Shown here: positions 59,202 through 64,000 of the stretch, one piece after another
Layout: every line of letters begins with the position of its first letter
Numbering within the stretch: the first letter of the stretch is position 1
DNA from: an uncultured Spirochaetota bacterium
Lineage (GTDB): Bacteria; Spirochaetota; Brevinematia; Brevinematales; JAOACQ01
Length of the DNA stretch: 64,000 bases
Assembly: GCA_963835575.1 (NCBI GenBank)
Contig: CAWIGG010000006.1
Location: 224,001 to 288,000, forward strand
Direction of reading: 5' to 3'
Notes under the pieces: model-generated
The model's input: the letters and a program-made list of their open reading frames with translations, nothing else
Database searches by the model: none
Told to the model about the DNA's origin: nothing
Made by a program: the position numbers and the translations under genes

Positions 59202-60920
59202 ATGAATGTTTATAAAAGGCTTGCCGGATACACTTTAAAACACAAATTTCTTTTAATCTTTTGTCTCTTTTTTGTTATGATCTATGTTGCCAGCCAGATC
59301 GGCGGGATCCAGTCGGCAGGCACTTTCTTTTCCAATGCCTTTATCGGGAAAAATTTCGAGAAGGTCAATCTGACCAGCATCCTGGTTTTATTGGCTTTCG
59401 GACTGGTTTACGCCCTTTCTCATTATCTGATATTCCTGGCATCCAACACACTGGCCGTGAATGTCATGCATGATATCCGCAGGGACATTTTCAGGAAGAT
59501 GGTGGATATGCCCCTCTTTTATTATAAGAAAAACAAAACGGGAGAGATATTGTCCCGCATATTAAATGATATAGGCGTCATAGAGATCTTTTTTATGAAT
59601 ATAGCCGTGGAGCTTTTTGCCCAGCCGCTGACGCTTGTCTCTGTTGTGGTCTTTATGTTTATTATTAACGCTAAAATATCCATTTTCTTTTTTGCCATCG
59701 CTCCGGTCCTGGCGGTAGTACTGGGAAGCCTGGGGGCCGTTGTCCAGAAGATGAGCCTGGGCGTTCAGAAAAATATTTCCGACATAACCTCTAATATTCA
59801 GGAAGCGGTTTATGGAATGGAGATCATCAAGGGTTACGGGGTGGAAGAGACAATAAAAAATAAATTCGCCGCCGCGAACAACAGCCACCTCCAGGCGACC
59901 CGGAAGGAAATGAAGGTCCGTTTTTTAGGCACCCCGTCGGCTGAATTCCTGGGCGTCGCCGGCGTACTGATCATTCTGATTTTAGGCGCGGTGAGCGTGC
60001 AGAAGGGGGTCGCGTCGGCGCAGGAGATAGTCAACTTTATCTTCCTGGCTTTTATACTGGCCCAGCCCCTCAGCCGTTCCACGGACATCTTTATGATCTT
60101 GAGGAAGCTGAAGCCGGCCGCCGACAGGGTGTTTGAGGTGATTGACTCAAAAGAAAGAGAACACACACTGCTTCCCTCCATCGGGGAAATCGAAGGGAAT
60201 ATCGAGTTCAGAAAACTGACCTTTCAGTATGAAGATGAACGCACCGCGCTCTCCGGAATAAGCCTGAAAATAAAGAAAGGCGAAACGGTGGCGATAGTCG
60301 GGCACAGCGGGGCCGGGAAATCAACACTTATTTCCCTTATCCCGGTTTTTTACATGCCGACTAAAGGGGAGATTTTAATAGATGATAAAAACACCATACT
60401 TTACAATCCCCTGTCCCTGCGCAAGCAGATCAGTCTAGTGACACAGGAAAATATACTCTTTTCCGGCTCGATTCAAGAAAACATCAGGCTGTCCAGGCCG
60501 GAAGCTTCCGAAAAAGAGGTGAGGGAGGCGGCCCGTGTCGCCAACGCGGAAACTTTTATCTCAAAACTGCCCGAAGGCTATGAAACCGTGCTGGGCGAGC
60601 GCGGGGTCCGTCTATCCGGAGGCGAAAAACAGCGCATTGCCCTGGCCAGGGCAATCCTCAGGAAGCCGAAAATCCTCATCATGGACGAGGCGACAAGCTC
60701 GCTGGACGCCGAATCGGAACAGCTCATCCAGAAGGCGATGAAAAAAATCCTCGGCCAGCAGACAACTATAATTGTCTCCCATAAACTTTCCACCATCATG
60801 AACGCCGACAGGATTGTTGTCATGGAAAACGGGAAAATTGTCGAAATCGGTACTCATCAGGAACTCCTGGACGAGCGCGGCATCTATCAAAAACTTTTTC
60901 AGATACAGGTGGATGTTTGA
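59202..60920 (+). CDS. ABC exporter, fused permease/ATPase (MsbA-like)
   Basis: TM domain, GHSGAGKS, LSGGEKQR, IMDEATS. Confidence 0.92.
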   Translation: MNVYKRLAGYTLKHKFLLIFCLFFVMIYVASQIGGIQSAGTFFSNAFIGKNFEKVNLTSILVLLAFGLVYALSHYLIFLASNTLAVNVMHDIRRDIFRKMVDMPLFYYKKNKTGEILSRILNDIGVIEIFFMNIAVELFAQPLTLVSVVVFMFIINAKISIFFFAIAPVLAVVLGSLGAVVQKMSLGVQKNISDITSNIQEAVYGMEIIKGYGVEETIKNKFAAANNSHLQATRKEMKVRFLGTPSAEFLGVAGVLIILILGAVSVQKGVASAQEIVNFIFLAFILAQPLSRSTDIFMILRKLKPAADRVFEVIDSKEREHTLLPSIGEIEGNIEFRKLTFQYEDERTALSGISLKIKKGETVAIVGHSGAGKSTLISLIPVFYMPTKGEILIDDKNTILYNPLSLRKQISLVTQENILFSGSIQENIRLSRPEASEKEVREAARVANAETFISKLPEGYETVLGERGVRLSGGEKQRIALARAILRKPKILIMDEATSSLDAESEQLIQKAMKKILGQQTTIIVSHKLSTIMNADRIVVMENGKIVEIGTHQELLDERGIYQKLFQIQVDV

Positions 60921-61028
60921 TACTATCAGGTTTTCGCAATGAGGCGGGGCAAGAAATCGGAAGCTTATGTGGGACAGTTATAATTATTGTTATGTGGACG
61001 CTGGTGCGCGAAAGAAAGAGAGAGATAA

Positions 61029-61895
61029 ATGGAATATTTAAGCCCTGGCAAAGCCATTATTCTCAAAAATAAAACATGTCCATATTGTGGTATTAAGTTA
61101 TCAGATGAGAATACTACAAAGGAACATGTGATTGGCAGGAATTTTGTACCTAAAGGTTCATTGGAAAAATCTTGGAATTTAATCTTATATACTTGTTCAA
61201 AATGCAATAATGATAAGTCAAACCTCGAAGATGATATTTCCGCAATAACTCAAATCAATTCACCATTTGTAGTAAAGAATCCCAAGTTTAGGAATGAATT
61301 AGACAGTAAGATTAAAAAGTCATTTAGCAGAAGGACTGGCAAGACAATATCTGAAAGTAGTGAAAAAATAGAAATTCCAGTGAATTATGGATCAAGTGTA
61401 AAAATGACATTTTCACTCGTTACTAATCCGCAGATTAATGAAGAACGATCCAATGCTTTGGCTTTAATGCATTTAATGGCTTTTTTTTACCTTTTAACCT
61501 ATGAAGAAGATAAACAAATCGGTCATTTCTGGCCTGGTTCTTTCTTTTGCCTTAAAAGCTCAATTCGTTCTGATTGGGGAAATGAAATCAGTAAGCAATA
61601 TAAAGCATTAATATCAAATTGGGAATTTAGATTTAATGGCATTGCAGCAGAAGATAATTTTAAATGTAATATTCGAAAGAATCTGGAATTAGAATGTTGG
61701 TCCTGGGCTCTGGAATGGAATCAAAGCCTTAGATTAATTGGGTTTTTTGGAAAAGATGAATCAATAAATGAAATAGTTGCAGGTATTAAATTACCAGAAC
61801 CGGACATAGTATTAAATGGGGGAAGGTTATATCGAGAAAAATCATTGCTGGATAATGAAGATGATCTTTTCCAAGATGAAGAATCAAGTACTTAA
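61029..61895 (+). CDS. HNH endonuclease domain protein
   Basis: CPYCG...TKEHVI...CSKCNNDKS; AT-rich. Confidence 0.85.
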   Translation: MEYLSPGKAIILKNKTCPYCGIKLSDENTTKEHVIGRNFVPKGSLEKSWNLILYTCSKCNNDKSNLEDDISAITQINSPFVVKNPKFRNELDSKIKKSFSRRTGKTISESSEKIEIPVNYGSSVKMTFSLVTNPQINEERSNALALMHLMAFFYLLTYEEDKQIGHFWPGSFFCLKSSIRSDWGNEISKQYKALISNWEFRFNGIAAEDNFKCNIRKNLELECWSWALEWNQSLRLIGFFGKDESINEIVAGIKLPEPDIVLNGGRLYREKSLLDNEDDLFQDEESST

Positions 61896-61936
61896 CATCG
61901 GCTTCAACCTGACTTGCAGGTTAAGTATAATGTATA
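61890..61936 (+). other. attC-like recombination site (degenerate)
   Basis: RYYYAAC (ACTTAAC) overlaps the HNH stop; stem GCTT(C)AACCTG/CAGGTTAAGT with one unpaired C; ACAT/ATGT outer pairing; right core lacks a clean GTT. Confidence 0.5.
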
Positions 61937-62353
61937 ATATTTTTACATATATTTTGCCACTCTCCAGCCTAAAACCGTTGAAATTAAACATCCGTTCCCG
62001 AGGCCATTTTCCTCCAAACCCTAATCAGTAAAAATAAATATCTCGATTTATAGTTGTGTCATCCGCTATTATAATAGAAGAATTGAGGCACATATTTGCG
62101 GCAAGGATGCCGCAACCGACGCATAAAGCCATTGGACGGCGATATAAGGAGGCTATTTTAATCAGGGATCGTTTTTTTAAAAGCCGGATGACATACCTTC
62201 ATACAAACCGATAGCTTCGTATGAAAATGGCCTCGAAATAGGCATTTTTCTTTCGATTCACTTTCTTTTGTTGCCGCCGTTGCCTGTCGGTTTTTATAAC
62301 ATGCTTCATGGACATACGGCAGGGTTCCCGTTAAAATAAAACGGGAGAAAAAG

Positions 62354-63819
62354 ATGGCAAGATTTGAAAAGAACAGCCTGGAGCAGGGTGAGTTCCTCGC
62401 GATCAATATAGGCGAGCAGTTTGATGAGAATTCCAGAGAATTTATACTAAAAGAATTCATCAAAAACCGTATTAAACTGGAGGATTTCGCGGCTTACTAT
62501 AAGAACGACCATAGAGGCAGAGAGATTAAAAATCCTCGGGATGTGATCTGTGCGGTACTCTACGGTTACATTACGGGAAATCGTATCAGCCGAAAGATAG
62601 AAGATTTGCTGAAAAAACACATTGGGTTTATGTATGTTTCAAACCGGCTGAAAATTGACCATTCGGTAATTTGCGAGTTCAAGGTACTTTTTCAGGAAAA
62701 GATCGAGGAGTTGTTCAGCCAGCTTTTATATATACTCAACGAAATGGGGTCTATAGATTGGGACATGGTAGTGGGTGACGGCACAAAGATCAAGGCCTAC
62801 GCGAGTAAGAATAAGAATGTGGGAAAGAAACATACCCGGAAGCTGATGGACACTTACCAGAAGATGGCGGAAAAGATTGTGAAACAAGACCTGGAACTGG
62901 AAGAATCTTACCGGGAAGGCAAGCTGGAGCAGCCTTATTACGAAGCGGAGAAGAAGCGGGTATCAAGGCGGAAAAAGATTTACGATAGTGTTTTGAACCA
63001 AATCGATGAATACAAAAAACAGGTAGAGAGAGGGGAAAAGACAGACGAAGAATTCACCAACCTGACTGATCCCGAAAGCAAGCTGATGTCTGGAAATCCG
63101 CATAGTGTGTTTATACAGGGATATAATTCGGCGATGATGGTCAGTAATAATGATGTGATTATAGATTTTGAAGCAATCACAACACCGGAAAAACAGCATA
63201 CGGAAGAAATGGTAAAGAGGGTGGAACAGAAAAAAGCGGAATTAAAAGTTGATAAGGCTAGCAAATACCTTTTTGATTCGGGTTTTCAGGACATGGAAGA
63301 GACAATCCGGATGGTGGAGGAAGGAAAGACCTTTATGTGGATACGAAAGAGCGGGATTTCAGTGATAAATCACAGAAGCGAAGAGACTTTAAACTGGAAA
63401 AGATTGATGACGAATATATCCTGGGATGCCGGGGCGGCCGTAAGGAAAATGGGTATTTAGATCGAAATAACCAAAGATATACATTTTTGTATTCACGGAA
63501 GGGCTGTGAAAGATGTCCATTTTTCAGTGAGTGTTATAAAAACATCAAACCGAAAACACAGCAAAAGACAGTAATTTTCAGTGAGTTTGAATTGAATAAT
63601 CGGTCTAAGATTGATGCTTATTTAACAAAACTTTACAGCGAAGAAGGGCAAAAGATATACAACCGCAGGATAGGTAAAGAACACGTATTTTCAAACATCA
63701 AAACACAGAAGGGTTATGTTCAGACAGTTTACAGAGGTCAACGGAAAGTGAATTTGGAGCTATGCTGGGTATCCCTTGCGCATAATTTTATGAAATATGC
63801 CCAATATTTGAGAAAATAG
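62354..63819 (+). pseudogene. IS1182/IS5-like transposase split by a frameshift near 63325
   Basis: VLYGY...SRKIE, DHSVI..F, GDGTKIKAYAS, NLTDPESKLM, GYN, DSGF in ORF1; CERCPF..EC, YNRR..EHVFSNIK, HNF in ORF2. Element ends not resolved. Confidence 0.8.
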
Positions 63820-64000
63820 AGAGGATTTTGTATAGTCTGAGTATCGATTATTCGAAATTTATTATTAAAATCAGCTAAGCTGACAAAATTTTTATTTGCC
63901 CGCTTATTGTAAGGGGCTGGTTTGACTCCGAAAATGAAATAACCAACAGGCAAGCTGGACAAAAGAAAGTGAACATTCCCGCAAATGTCATTTGTATAAA

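Noticed and set aside
62149..62170. Left IR of the IS1182-like element (GAGGCTATTTTAATCAGG)
   Set aside because: No matching right IR within the window, so the boundary cannot be supported.

Overview
Bacterial chromosomal window with flagellar rod genes; the gene repertoire suggests a spirochaete-like organism, which is an inference only. Housekeeping genes include gcvT-H-PA-PB, mtnA, pyrC, ilvC, purC, nnr, flgF, flgG, an AddB-like nuclease, MoxR, sugar enzymes and signalling proteins. Five IS elements are present: IS66, IS110, IS256, IS1380 and a frameshifted IS1182-like copy; ends and target sites could be read directly for four of them. Four observations stand out. (1) A complete IS110 element has a readable bridge RNA whose four guide segments match its own donor junction and target, and a junction promoter forms on circularisation; its recombinase has Asn and Thr at two canonical catalytic positions. 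(2) Its target lies in a family of ~9-nt-period, nested inverted-repeat elements that recur in many intergenic regions, either empty or bracketing unrelated cargo (a cupin, an AT-rich membrane protein gene, a GxxExxY-like remnant). (3) A three-copy structured hairpin motif always sits in sense orientation upstream of a gene, including ilvC. (4) An HNH gene looks like a solitary integron-type cassette with an attC-like site. No rRNA, tRNA or CRISPR array was recognised.
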